Of a stretch of DNA of 29,523 bases, positions 14,496-23,248 are shown piece after piece (the stretch's first letter is position 1; each line of letters starts with the position of its first letter). Source of the DNA: a virus. Where the stretch lies: the IMG/VR virus record IMGVR_UViG_3300020612_000013, one strand, 5' to 3'. Position numbers and translations under genes: made by a program. The notes under the pieces were generated by a model. That model was not told the DNA's origin and made no database searches. It saw nothing but the letters and a program-made list of their open reading frames with translations.

Positions 14496-15049
14496 GCATC
14501 TCGTTCAAACCAACCACCAAAAACCGGCAAGCCATCCGCGGCATCATCACCCAAAACACCACCATCAACCCTGACAGTCTGCCAGACAGTGTGCTTCAGC
14601 ACATTATCGAATACTGCTGGCAAACCTTCACAGACAACAACAGGTACGCCGTCGCAGCACAATACTGGCGAGGCCAAAACCCACCCGACAGTGAACACCA
14701 GCGCATACTAGTCGGCTACTACAAAACCGAAAAACAAGCCATGAACGCGGCCAAACAATTCCACTGGAACACCCGGCTACAACAACAATGGAAAACATGG
14801 ATACTACCCGTACACAACGGCACCGTATCCGAGCATTTCACCAACCAGAAAACACTCTTCGACACGCAAACCAGCAACAACACTGACCAGCTGCCGGAGC
14901 ATCTACAAAACGTCATGTGCGGAAAAACACTCAACCACACAGACGGCACCATCACATGGTGCACACGCAAACCAGGACACGACGGCGACTGCCGCACAGG
15001 ATGGCAACCCGCCACGCAACCGATAGGATATCATGGCAACCAAAACTGA
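14492..15049 (+). CDS. Hypothetical protein (185 aa) with a Cys/His-rich C-terminus
   Basis: A GTG coupled to the previous stop. I prefer it to the 14303 start, which would fully overlap a better ORF. The C-terminus reads CGKTLNHTDGTITWCTRKPGHDGDC. Confidence 0.6.
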   Translation: MSISFKPTTKNRQAIRGIITQNTTINPDSLPDSVLQHIIEYCWQTFTDNNRYAVAAQYWRGQNPPDSEHQRILVGYYKTEKQAMNAAKQFHWNTRLQQQWKTWILPVHNGTVSEHFTNQKTLFDTQTSNNTDQLPEHLQNVMCGKTLNHTDGTITWCTRKPGHDGDCRTGWQPATQPIGYHGNQN

Positions 15050-15230
15050 AACCCTTATTCAACGCTACGGCAACAAGGCTGCCGACGTGCTCGCCGACAG
15101 GTCTATCCCCGCCTCGTGGCTAGCAAAACAGCTCACCCAGGCAGGATACCCCATCTCCGCCACCGTAATTAAAGACTATCGCCGCAAACAAGCCAACACC
15201 ACCCAAAACAAAGAAAAGGATATCCGATGA
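15033..15230 (+). CDS. Small helix-turn-helix DNA-binding protein (65 aa)
   Basis: ATG preceded by AGGA. The sequence SIPASWLAKQLTQAGYPISATVIKDYRR looks like an HTH. The stop overlaps the next ATG (ATGA). Confidence 0.55.
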   Translation: MATKTETLIQRYGNKAADVLADRSIPASWLAKQLTQAGYPISATVIKDYRRKQANTTQNKEKDIR

Positions 15231-16273
15231 TAGACAACATTGACCGGCTACTCACACAGCTAGCCAACCACGACAGCGAAGCAGACACCATCCGCGACGA
15301 TCTAGCCAATGGTACTGTACGCCGCACACGCATCTCCGAATGGACACTCCCCAACGGAGAAACAGGCCGATCTATACAAAAAATCATCGACCACCAGCCC
15401 GCAACAAACCCCTACCCTGTGGACGAACTCGTCGACAAGATAGCCGACTGGCAGCCACCAAAACCAGCCGACAACACCCGCACCGACTACAGCACTGCGG
15501 CCTTCGTCATCGGGGCAGGAGACTTCCAAATCGGCAAAGGCATCCCCGGAGGAGAAACAGCACACTTCGCCGACCACTATCTGCACTCCCTCATAGTCGC
15601 AAAACACTACTGGCAACAGGCAGGCAAACCGCAACGAGTCCACATCGCCTTCCTCGGCGACATGATCGAAGGATACGTGTCACAAGGAGGCAACAACGCC
15701 TGGCGCACACAAACACCCTTGACAGAACAAATCAGGCTCACCCGCATGGCCATGATGCAACTCGTCCACATGTTCGACCACTGCGCCAACGTCACCATCA
15801 CCTCCATCCCCGGCAACCACGGAGAAGCCGTAAGATTCGGTAAAGGCGTCACCACCTACGATGACTCCTTCGACGTGGACTGCTGCCGGGCCATCGCAGA
15901 AGCCTACCAGCTCAACAACCAATACCCCAACCTCCACTTCCACTTCCCTGACAGGGACGAAATGACCACCACCGTTGATGTGGCCGGCACACAAATCCTG
16001 CACGCCCACGGGCACCAATGGAAAACCGGCAAACAGTACGAATGGTGGCGCGGCCAAGAATTCCACAACGGCACCACATCTAATATTCTCATGGCCGGGC
16101 ACCGGCACCACCTAGAAATCTCCGAGCAAGGACAACGCACCTTCATCCAATGCCCATCCATGGAAGGCGAATCCACATGGTTCCGGCACCGCACAGGCAC
16201 TACCGGCCACCCCGGACTAGTGTGCTACACTATCAACAACAAAACACCAAACAACTATCAGATAGCGAGATGA
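15227..16273 (+). CDS. Calcineurin-like metallophosphoesterase (SbcD/Mre11-type fold)
   Basis: 348 aa with the ordered motifs GAGDFQIG, FLGDMIEG, IPGNHGE, HAHGH and AGHRHH. The first two are variant forms of the canonical motifs, DxQ instead of DxH and GDxxE instead of GDxxD. Confidence 0.8.
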   Translation: MIDNIDRLLTQLANHDSEADTIRDDLANGTVRRTRISEWTLPNGETGRSIQKIIDHQPATNPYPVDELVDKIADWQPPKPADNTRTDYSTAAFVIGAGDFQIGKGIPGGETAHFADHYLHSLIVAKHYWQQAGKPQRVHIAFLGDMIEGYVSQGGNNAWRTQTPLTEQIRLTRMAMMQLVHMFDHCANVTITSIPGNHGEAVRFGKGVTTYDDSFDVDCCRAIAEAYQLNNQYPNLHFHFPDRDEMTTTVDVAGTQILHAHGHQWKTGKQYEWWRGQEFHNGTTSNILMAGHRHHLEISEQGQRTFIQCPSMEGESTWFRHRTGTTGHPGLVCYTINNKTPNNYQIAR

Positions 16274-16282
16274 AATAGTGTC

Positions 16283-16603
16283 ATGAGCAGACGACCAACA
16301 AAAGCATACCTAGCCACCACCGCATCGTGGGTGTGGGCCACAAACCAGCATCTACGCACACTCAACCGGGCATGCACCAAAACAGCCACACACTACCCCG
16401 CAATCAGTGCAGACGACCTATACCAAGACTCTTTGCTATATATTGCGGTGCGGGAACAATACCACAACCTAGACAACAAACACTACACCAAAATGTGCTA
16501 CAGGGTAGCCAAACGGCTAGCCAACAAAACCATACAACACCTAGACCAACCGAAACCTTTACCCGATATTATTCATCTAGCCGACAGCCAAACCAGCAAC
16601 TAA
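16283..16603 (+). CDS. Hypothetical protein with a sigma-70 region-2-like segment
   Basis: 106 aa. ADDLYQDSLLYIAVREQY...YTKMCYRVAKRLANKTIQ resembles ECF sigma region 2 by eye only. Confidence 0.6.
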   Translation: MSRRPTKAYLATTASWVWATNQHLRTLNRACTKTATHYPAISADDLYQDSLLYIAVREQYHNLDNKHYTKMCYRVAKRLANKTIQHLDQPKPLPDIIHLADSQTSN

Positions 16604-16618
16604 AAGGAGAACCCCACA

Positions 16619-16903
16619 ATGGTCACGACAATCCTCGACGACGGAACCCAAACCACCAGGCTACAAACCGTAGGCGCCACCACCACAGCAATCATCACCA
16701 ACACCGAAACACCCGAAACCATCACCGCCAAATACACTATCAGCAAAGACGGCACAGCCACCTACAGCATCAGCGGAAACACCTACCTCGGCGACCACCA
16801 ACACATTATCAAACTCATGTACGACTACTGCCACTGCGTCGGACGATTCGACACCACCAACACCAGCAACCCAGACAACCTCGACAACCTGTTCAGGGGA
16901 TGA
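16619..16903 (+). CDS. Hypothetical Thr-rich protein (94 aa)
   Basis: ATG preceded by AAAAGGAGAA, a strong RBS. Confidence 0.65.
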   Translation: MVTTILDDGTQTTRLQTVGATTTAIITNTETPETITAKYTISKDGTATYSISGNTYLGDHQHIIKLMYDYCHCVGRFDTTNTSNPDNLDNLFRG

Positions 16904-16906
16904 CAC

Positions 16907-17299
16907 ATGGACCGAACCTACACCACAGCCGACATCATCCAAGCCGCCCAATGGATATGGAACGGCGGACCATGGAAACCATCAGTGGAGCCAGGCATGC
17001 CACCCCCACCAACCGCGCCACAACATCATGGCAACAATCTTGTCGCCATGATCGATCTACAGCTAGCCATCGACGACTACACCCTATCCTGTGAACCATC
17101 CAAACAGCGAAAACATTTGGCACGGTTGGCGGCATTCCGTGAAGTCTACGGATACGACCAAACCTACGCCACAGCCGCACAGCGACTCGGAGTAACCCGG
17201 CAGACTGTGAAACAGTGGGCAGACCAAACACTGATGACGTTAACCGAGTACGCAAACAGCACATACTACATGCCAGACGATAACGAAGGAATGGCATAA
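16907..17299 (+). CDS. Hypothetical protein with a sigma-70 region-4-like helix-turn-helix
   Basis: 130 aa with ATG preceded by AGGGGA. KQRKHLARLAAFREVYGYDQTYATAAQRLGVTRQTVKQWADQTLMTL fits the region 4.2 pattern. Confidence 0.65.
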   Translation: MDRTYTTADIIQAAQWIWNGGPWKPSVEPGMPPPPTAPQHHGNNLVAMIDLQLAIDDYTLSCEPSKQRKHLARLAAFREVYGYDQTYATAAQRLGVTRQTVKQWADQTLMTLTEYANSTYYMPDDNEGMA

Positions 17300-17303
17300 C
17301 ACG

Positions 17304-17801
17304 ATGAACAACACACACAACACAGCGATACACCGTATCGTCCAACAACAGCCCACCAACATGCAACAGCTGGAAAACATTGTTGACAGTGTCGAAAACC
17401 AGTACGGTGTACCCATCTCCCTCGACAACGTGAACCTTACCGTCAACGAAGTCAGCCTCGACGATCTCGCTATCGACCAGGACACGCTAGACGAGTGCAG
17501 CGAAATCCTGTGGTTATGCGACAGTGCAGGACACCCAAACAACAGCAACACCCGTGGCAACAGCGAGGACCAGAACCCCTATGCAAACCAGGAAGCACTA
17601 GACTGGCTCGCCGGAATCGCATACCAGGCCAAACTATTGCAGGCGGCATCCGACGAGATCATGTGGGCTATCACCTGTCACCGTGACAACCATAAAAATG
17701 TTATCGGCCAGGATGTTCTAGACCAGGCCAGCGATACGATCTCTACCTGCCTCCACCTGTATCAGATGCTCGAAGACACCATCAACAACCACGAATCATA
17801 G
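17304..17801 (+). CDS. Hypothetical acidic protein (165 aa), last gene of the early arm
   Basis: Long ORF in the coding frame, ending 23 nt before the convergent hairpin. Confidence 0.7.
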   Translation: MNNTHNTAIHRIVQQQPTNMQQLENIVDSVENQYGVPISLDNVNLTVNEVSLDDLAIDQDTLDECSEILWLCDSAGHPNNSNTRGNSEDQNPYANQEALDWLAGIAYQAKLLQAASDEIMWAITCHRDNHKNVIGQDVLDQASDTISTCLHLYQMLEDTINNHES

Positions 17802-17823
17802 CCACACCGCATATACAGAAATA

Positions 17824-17872
17824 GTGCCCCATCGGCAACCACCACACGATCGTGGCAGCACCGCTGGGGCAC
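17824..17872. terminator. Compound hairpin at the convergence of the two arms (candidate bidirectional terminator)
   Basis: GTGCCCCA (17824-17831) pairs with TGGGGCAC (17865-17872). The loop contains the perfect 10-bp palindrome CACGATCGTG. Confidence 0.45.
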
Positions 17873-17886
17873 ACATCTATGTTCAA

Positions 17887-18288
17887 TTATGCAACAGTAG
17901 ACTCTACCGTGCCAACCTCAGACTCGGCTGCACGCTTCGGCACATAGCCGGCAACATCTGCATCATCTATCGGCTCTATCATGCCAGGATCCGACACATC
18001 CACCGAGTGCGGCTCAACCATGCCCCCATCATCCGGTGGAACCAAACCCGCATCCACCTGAGGCTGTTTGCCTGGCTTGCCAGCCACAAATGACGGGTTA
18101 CCAAACGATGTAGCAACCGACAACACCGCAGCCACCCCGGCCGTAATCAGGGCAGACTCCCACGGCAAACCGCGAAACGACTCCGCAGTATAAGTGACAC
18201 CCGCCGTCACACCCAACACAGCAACAAACGTTTGCACAAAAGTCTTAGCCGCCCGCTCCAGTAAACCTAACCAAAACTGTTTACCCAC
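17887..18288 (-). CDS. Holin
   Basis: 133 aa with a GTG start. It has two hydrophobic helices (FVQTFVAVLGVTAGV and ALITAGVAAVLSVATSF) and a charged C-terminal tail, and lies directly after the endolysin. Confidence 0.8.
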   Translation of the reverse strand: MGKQFWLGLLERAAKTFVQTFVAVLGVTAGVTYTAESFRGLPWESALITAGVAAVLSVATSFGNPSFVAGKPGKQPQVDAGLVPPDDGGMVEPHSVDVSDPGMIEPIDDADVAGYVPKRAAESEVGTVESTVA

Positions 18289-18300
18289 AACAGATCACCA

Positions 18301-19158
18301 TCACTTTTTCAAACCGTTGACAGCAGACTCAAGCCTGTCAATACGGCTACGACACTCCAGCACGTAATACCAGATGCTCCACAGGGCATCCTTGGTGTGC
18401 CACAGCTTCCCCGTCACCGGATTCTTCACCCACGACAGAGCCTCGACACGTTTACCCAAATCGCCATTCTGTACCTGTACCACACCAACATCGTGGTGCA
18501 GCTTATTCACCGAACCAGTAAGCTGAGCAGACAATTGTTTAATCTGATCATGCAAGGCTTTCACATCAGCCACAGTTAACTCCTCACTATCTCCACTGCC
18601 GCCGCAGACTACGGCCATAAATTTGTCCCACGGAAACCACGGCCCAGGATCGTCATGATCCGACTGATGCCACGCATCCGTAACATCCACATGCCCACAG
18701 ATGCCCCGCCTGCCAGCCTTCAAATCGGCTGCACTAAGCTTCCTCTTCGGAACATTATATTTGTCACACAAACGTCTACACAGGATGGCGGCCTTCTCTA
18801 CGGCAGGCCACACGCGAGGATCCAGCCACTGCTCCCTTGTGTAAGCATGACCCGGTATCCGGAACGAGGCGTGCGAACCCCCATCCGCGCAAATCTCTAT
18901 ACCCAAACTATGCGGATTCGGCGGGGCATGCCACCCAATCGTAGACTCACTCAAACATTGCACCGTCTCCCCAATATCGCACACATAATGCGCCGAACCA
19001 CCAGACGACGGGGACGCGAAATAGTTCGCTGTAGACACCGCCCGCCCCTTACGCGAGGCGGACGGAAACCCCACATCCGGGCATGTTGCATGAATCACAA
19101 CCCGGTTCACCGGAGAATTAGAACCGGCCGAGTGATGCGCCGCAGGAATGTATCTCAC
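18301..19158 (-). CDS. Endolysin, N-acetylmuramoyl-L-alanine amidase
   Basis: 285 aa. The N-terminal amidase_2/PGRP-like region reads VVIHATC...SAHYVCD...GWHAPPN...EICADG. The C-terminal region is of cell-wall-binding size. Confidence 0.9.
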   Translation of the reverse strand: MRYIPAAHHSAGSNSPVNRVVIHATCPDVGFPSASRKGRAVSTANYFASPSSGGSAHYVCDIGETVQCLSESTIGWHAPPNPHSLGIEICADGGSHASFRIPGHAYTREQWLDPRVWPAVEKAAILCRRLCDKYNVPKRKLSAADLKAGRRGICGHVDVTDAWHQSDHDDPGPWFPWDKFMAVVCGGSGDSEELTVADVKALHDQIKQLSAQLTGSVNKLHHDVGVVQVQNGDLGKRVEALSWVKNPVTGKLWHTKDALWSIWYYVLECRSRIDRLESAVNGLKK

Positions 19159-19210
19159 AACACGCCACCCCCAAACACGACCAACATCAGTAACACCCTT
19201 CCCTCTTCTT

Positions 19211-19984
19211 CTATTTGCGGGATGACACGGTAACTATAGGCGATGGTTTCACACTCTCGCAGGCCACCGAACCCGATATCGTGGAAGCCGCACCGTCACT
19301 ATATTTCACAAACAGGCGACCCCCGGAACAGTACACGGACACAACCGAACGCCCATCACGCCCGTCTGCACCATCCTTACCGTCCTTACCATCGGATCCG
19401 TTCGCACCGGCGGGGCCCCGCTCACCCTGTGCACCAGGCGGGCCGGCAGGACCTGAAGGGCCCACATCACCACGCTCACCAACCGAACCATCCCGACCAT
19501 CAACACCGTTCACACCATCCTTGCCGTTAGCACCGGGCAACCCGTCAGGACCTTTCACACCATTCAAACCCGGGGACCCCTGCGGACCAATAGGGCCAAC
19601 CAGCCCAGCCGAACCATTAACACCATCCCGGCCGTCAACCCCTGCAGGGCCTTGCGGGCCGCGCTCACCGGCAGGACCCGGCACACCCTGCACACTCCGC
19701 TCCGTGCGCACAGCATCCACACACAAACCAGACCGGTGAAGCCGCGCAGACTCCACGCCACCCTGGGTACACACCCGCTTCACACGGGCAGCCAACCCCC
19801 TGGCAGCTGTACCATTCGACTGGGCCCTCGCCTGCTCCGAATCCCGCTCAGAAGCCACAGCCCCGAAACGTAAAGCACCCACAGCAACCACCGCCAGTAG
19901 TACAAGCGACAAAAACAGCAACACCAGTGAAGCCTTCTCAAAATTGCGGCGCTGCCGCTTCTCTTCCTCCAACTCCCTCATCAC
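19211..19984 (-). CDS. Collagen-like (Gly-X-Y repeat) protein with an N-terminal hydrophobic anchor. Conventionally called a tail fibre protein.
   Basis: 257 aa with 37-38 uninterrupted GXY triplets (residues 100-213, nt 19346-19687). The N-terminus contains ASLVLLFLSLVLLAVVAVGAL. The start is GTG 19984 or ATG 19981. Confidence 0.85.
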   Translation of the reverse strand: MMRELEEEKRQRRNFEKASLVLLFLSLVLLAVVAVGALRFGAVASERDSEQARAQSNGTAARGLAARVKRVCTQGGVESARLHRSGLCVDAVRTERSVQGVPGPAGERGPQGPAGVDGRDGVNGSAGLVGPIGPQGSPGLNGVKGPDGLPGANGKDGVNGVDGRDGSVGERGDVGPSGPAGPPGAQGERGPAGANGSDGKDGKDGADGRDGRSVVSVYCSGGRLFVKYSDGAASTISGSVACESVKPSPIVTVSSRK

Positions 19985-20242
19985 TCACCCCCCCAACGAA
20001 TCCTGCAAAAAACCGGGCGGATCAGGCAACACAAGCGGATCAACCCCATCAGGAAGCCCGGCGTTAAACCGGCGAACCTCACGCCGCACACCCCACGTAT
20101 ACTCTTCCATCGCATCCACCTGAGCCGACAGGCGGCGCAAACGCCTCCGAGATTTAGATGTGACCGCCTGAACAGAACCCAAAACCGTGGCCAACGCGGT
20201 ACAAATAGAGGCCACCAGTGCAGGAGTAAACCACGACACCAC
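19985..20242 (-). CDS. Hypothetical small protein with an N-terminal hydrophobic helix (85 aa)
   Basis: GTG start. The N-terminus is WFTPALVASICTALATVLGSV, and the stop abuts the next start. Confidence 0.6.
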   Translation of the reverse strand: MVSWFTPALVASICTALATVLGSVQAVTSKSRRRLRRLSAQVDAMEEYTWGVRREVRRFNAGLPDGVDPLVLPDPPGFLQDSLGG

Positions 20243-20283
20243 AGCCCCCCAACATCACACCAACGGCCACAACAACAGCCCAG

Positions 20284-21102
20284 TCACACGCCCACAGCAA
20301 TCCAGTTAGCTATCGCAGGCACACCAGAAGGCTTCGAGCCGTCATTCGTGATAAACGCCAAACCAAAATCCTTGGCAGTAATATTGTAGGCTTTCACATC
20401 AATCTGTGCCGTGCCACCAGCCGCCGTACCCATAGACGCCACCACAACCGGCGGAGACGTAAACTGGCGGCCAAACGGGATCGTGTAAGCATACACAGCA
20501 GAACCACCAAACATGATCGACTTCGAACCCGTTTCGATCCGCGGAGACAACAACATCCACTCGTTGGCATGGTTAGCCCACACAGCCCCAGAAGGAACCA
20601 TCACACGGTCACCCTCCATTGGGGTCGGGTCGCAAGCCGCAGATTCACCAAACGCCACCCTCGCCGCTATAGCCCTCCTGTCAAGCTGCTGCTGCAACCC
20701 GTTAGACGACACCACCAAAGTAGCCAACAGTTGCTGATGGTACACGCCAGGCTCGGCGCGCAACACGTCACGGGCACGCTCCGCACGCCCCCCAGGAACA
20801 ATCTCCAACTTGGCCGTATTCTGCTCCCAATCCCGCGACAGGACAACATAGTCGTAGCGAGTCTCACCAGGACCAGGCAGCTGCCCTGTCACCGTCTCAA
20901 CACTATTCGACGTGCACATCACCCCGTGAGCCCACGCCTGCCCCGGCAACACCTCACACAACACTGTGGCACCCTGAATCGTAGTGCCGACACGAAAATC
21001 GTCAGGACCCTTCACAGACGGCATATTACCCATCAGACCAGACATTTGAGCCCAATCATACTCGGTCAACACACCATCAAAACCCTTGCACACAATACCC
21101 AC
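20284..21102 (-). CDS. Minor tail protein (possible receptor-binding component)
   Basis: 272-aa ORF, third after the tape measure. The call is by position only. Confidence 0.7.
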   Translation of the reverse strand: MGIVCKGFDGVLTEYDWAQMSGLMGNMPSVKGPDDFRVGTTIQGATVLCEVLPGQAWAHGVMCTSNSVETVTGQLPGPGETRYDYVVLSRDWEQNTAKLEIVPGGRAERARDVLRAEPGVYHQQLLATLVVSSNGLQQQLDRRAIAARVAFGESAACDPTPMEGDRVMVPSGAVWANHANEWMLLSPRIETGSKSIMFGGSAVYAYTIPFGRQFTSPPVVVASMGTAAGGTAQIDVKAYNITAKDFGLAFITNDGSKPSGVPAIANWIAVGV

Positions 21103-21121
21103 AACAAACCCCTAATCTTTT

Positions 21122-22279
21122 CTAGAATTTTTGCAAATCCCGCACACCTGCAGCCAAACCAGCCACACGGCGCGCTAGCAACGCCGACGGATTATCCTCA
21201 TAATCCCCCGCAACAGGTGTCACCTTCGTCCACCCGTCACCCGGCGAATCACACTCCACATCAATCTGCCGCACAATCTCCGCAATAGGCCCCGAGCCCA
21301 CATCCACATAGATAAGATCACCCGGCATAAGATTACCAGGCCCAAACCGCAACACATCCGACTCAGCCAACTCAATCTTAAATCCCGACGTGGCCCCTAA
21401 CTCGGACAGCACCTGCTCAGCCTCATCAATAAGATGCACATGTTCAGAATCCGTGTTACGGGCATCCTTAAACACCTCGACACGATCAAACCAATCATCC
21501 TCGGCCATCGAATCAACATCCTCGCAAAACAGCCGATCCTTACCCTCGCCGCGGCCACCAACCACCACCGAAGTAGCCTTAGGGGCGTCACGCACATACT
21601 CCCACGACACAATCGAACCAGACTCGGCAGTCAACACATGCTTACGAGTCACCGCCGGCACACAATCAAACACCAAACCACGCTGATCCTTCACCTTATT
21701 CTCAAACTGGTTCACCGAAACAGTCATCCGAGCCCACGACAACACCGGCAACAATTTATCGGCAAACACGTGAAACCGCACCTGAAAATCCTTAATATAG
21801 CGGCCACGACTCTCATCATCGGTCATAAACAAACCGGGCGGAAAACGCCAAGCATTATCCCCCAACACCTGCTTAGCCACCGACTCCGCCGCACCTGAAT
21901 AGTGGGCATAATCTTTATTAGCACGCCACTCCATACCCACCAAACCGGGACGATAATTCACAGGCCACATCAACATGCGCCACAACAGGCGGATATCATC
22001 CTCACACATAATAGTCACATGGGAAGACCGCCAAGGCCCAACCCCGTGCACCTTACGCACAGGCCCAGAAAAAATCTGGCCACCACCATAATCAACAACC
22101 AGCCGCGCCCCCGGCTTCGTCAACCCGTCAAGCCTCGAATGATCACCAGACACCACCAACTCCAGCGTCGACAAACCATTCCACTTCAACGACAACTTCA
22201 ACGACTCAAAAAAATTGATAGGCGCCACACGACGATAATCAGGCGTAAACAACGTTACATGCGGAACAAGACCAGCCAC
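21122..22279 (-). CDS. Minor tail protein (tail tip / Tal-position protein)
   Basis: 385-aa ORF, second after the tape measure. The call is by position only. Confidence 0.7.
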   Translation of the reverse strand: MAGLVPHVTLFTPDYRRVAPINFFESLKLSLKWNGLSTLELVVSGDHSRLDGLTKPGARLVVDYGGGQIFSGPVRKVHGVGPWRSSHVTIMCEDDIRLLWRMLMWPVNYRPGLVGMEWRANKDYAHYSGAAESVAKQVLGDNAWRFPPGLFMTDDESRGRYIKDFQVRFHVFADKLLPVLSWARMTVSVNQFENKVKDQRGLVFDCVPAVTRKHVLTAESGSIVSWEYVRDAPKATSVVVGGRGEGKDRLFCEDVDSMAEDDWFDRVEVFKDARNTDSEHVHLIDEAEQVLSELGATSGFKIELAESDVLRFGPGNLMPGDLIYVDVGSGPIAEIVRQIDVECDSPGDGWTKVTPVAGDYEDNPSALLARRVAGLAAGVRDLQKF

Positions 22280-22285
22280 AACCGC

Positions 22286-23242
22286 TCACCAAGCCCTCAA
22301 AAACCTGTACTGCACCGACACAACAATGGCACCCAAACCAACCATCTCAATATTCACACTCTTCGAACCGCCAGGCGGAATAGGAGCAAACTCCCACTCG
22401 ATCAAACGATCCATCACATCCTCAAACCCGTTCAACAAAGCAGACTGCTTCCGAGGATCCGTATCAATAGTAATCCAATCATATTCCTCGACAGGATAGT
22501 CCGAAGACACACGCAAACCATCAATCTGCACAGACCACGACTCCAACGGGCCCTCGACACGAATCACAGGCCACGCAGGCACGTCACCCCTGTTAGACAG
22601 GTTATCCCAGCCAGAACCAACACCAGGCGTCAACACCACAGGAAACGCCGTGCCATTCTTGCCGACCGGGCCGCCACCCAACCAATCCTGCAACTTCGCG
22701 TTACTAAAACGAAACTTTTGCTCATCCCCATACCAAAACGGGTCATAAGCCGTCAAATGCAACAGATAACGGGCGTAGCCCCTGTTCACCGGATCCACCG
22801 TAAACGTGTCATCCACCGAATCAAACCGACACCGCAGCACACGCTCACGACCGGCAGGGGTCTTCACAGACAACTCCCCCACCTCACCCGGGGGAAACGC
22901 AGACCACAACTCGTCATAGGCTTTCATGAAACCGTCACGAAACCCGCCCACAGGATCCTCGTCGACACCCGACACCAACACCGGCAGCGTCACCTCGCGA
23001 GGCTTCACATTAAACCCGCGCCACTCCGAGCCATGCACCCCAACATGCGTTTGAGAAAAATGCTCAACCTCAGGAACACCCAAACCGCGCAACGAATCAT
23101 TCAACAACATTATCGGAGACGACCCCGTATAATCCGTCAAATGAAGCACACGCTCCGGATCATTACCAATCAACGGCAACATAGACCAGGTAACAGTCAA
23201 ACCCGAACGATCAGACGGGTCAGGAAGAAACATGAACCACAC
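22286..23242 (-). CDS. Minor tail protein (distal tail protein position)
   Basis: 318-aa ORF immediately after the tape measure. The call is by position only. Confidence 0.7.
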   Translation of the reverse strand: MWFMFLPDPSDRSGLTVTWSMLPLIGNDPERVLHLTDYTGSSPIMLLNDSLRGLGVPEVEHFSQTHVGVHGSEWRGFNVKPREVTLPVLVSGVDEDPVGGFRDGFMKAYDELWSAFPPGEVGELSVKTPAGRERVLRCRFDSVDDTFTVDPVNRGYARYLLHLTAYDPFWYGDEQKFRFSNAKLQDWLGGGPVGKNGTAFPVVLTPGVGSGWDNLSNRGDVPAWPVIRVEGPLESWSVQIDGLRVSSDYPVEEYDWITIDTDPRKQSALLNGFEDVMDRLIEWEFAPIPPGGSKSVNIEMVGLGAIVVSVQYRFLRAW

Positions 23243-23248
23243 CCCCTA

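Noticed and set aside
8437-16951. Minus-strand ORFs inside the early arm, for example 8437-8829, 8624-8968, 11138-11449, 15302-15643, 15680-16111 and 16661-16951.
   Set aside because: They are Gly/Val-rich shadow ORFs of the G+T-rich minus strand. The plus-strand frames carry the recognisable helicase, primase, nuclease and phosphoesterase motifs and the coupled start/stop architecture.
19215-19739. A plus-strand 174-aa Pro/Ser-rich ORF, and others at 19243-19530 and 19652-19873, opposite the collagen-like gene.
   Set aside because: The reverse complement of a GGN-NNN-NNN repeat is itself periodic and stop-poor. The Gly-X-Y frame on the minus strand is the coherent one and continues into non-repeat N- and C-terminal domains.
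431-21128. Additional CTAGAAT heptamers at 431-437 and 21122-21128, considered as further copies of the CTAGAATCGATC element.
   Set aside because: Only the 7-mer matches. A few occurrences are expected by chance in 29 kb. Both lie inside or at the end of late genes on the non-coding strand, and the ATCGATC part is missing.
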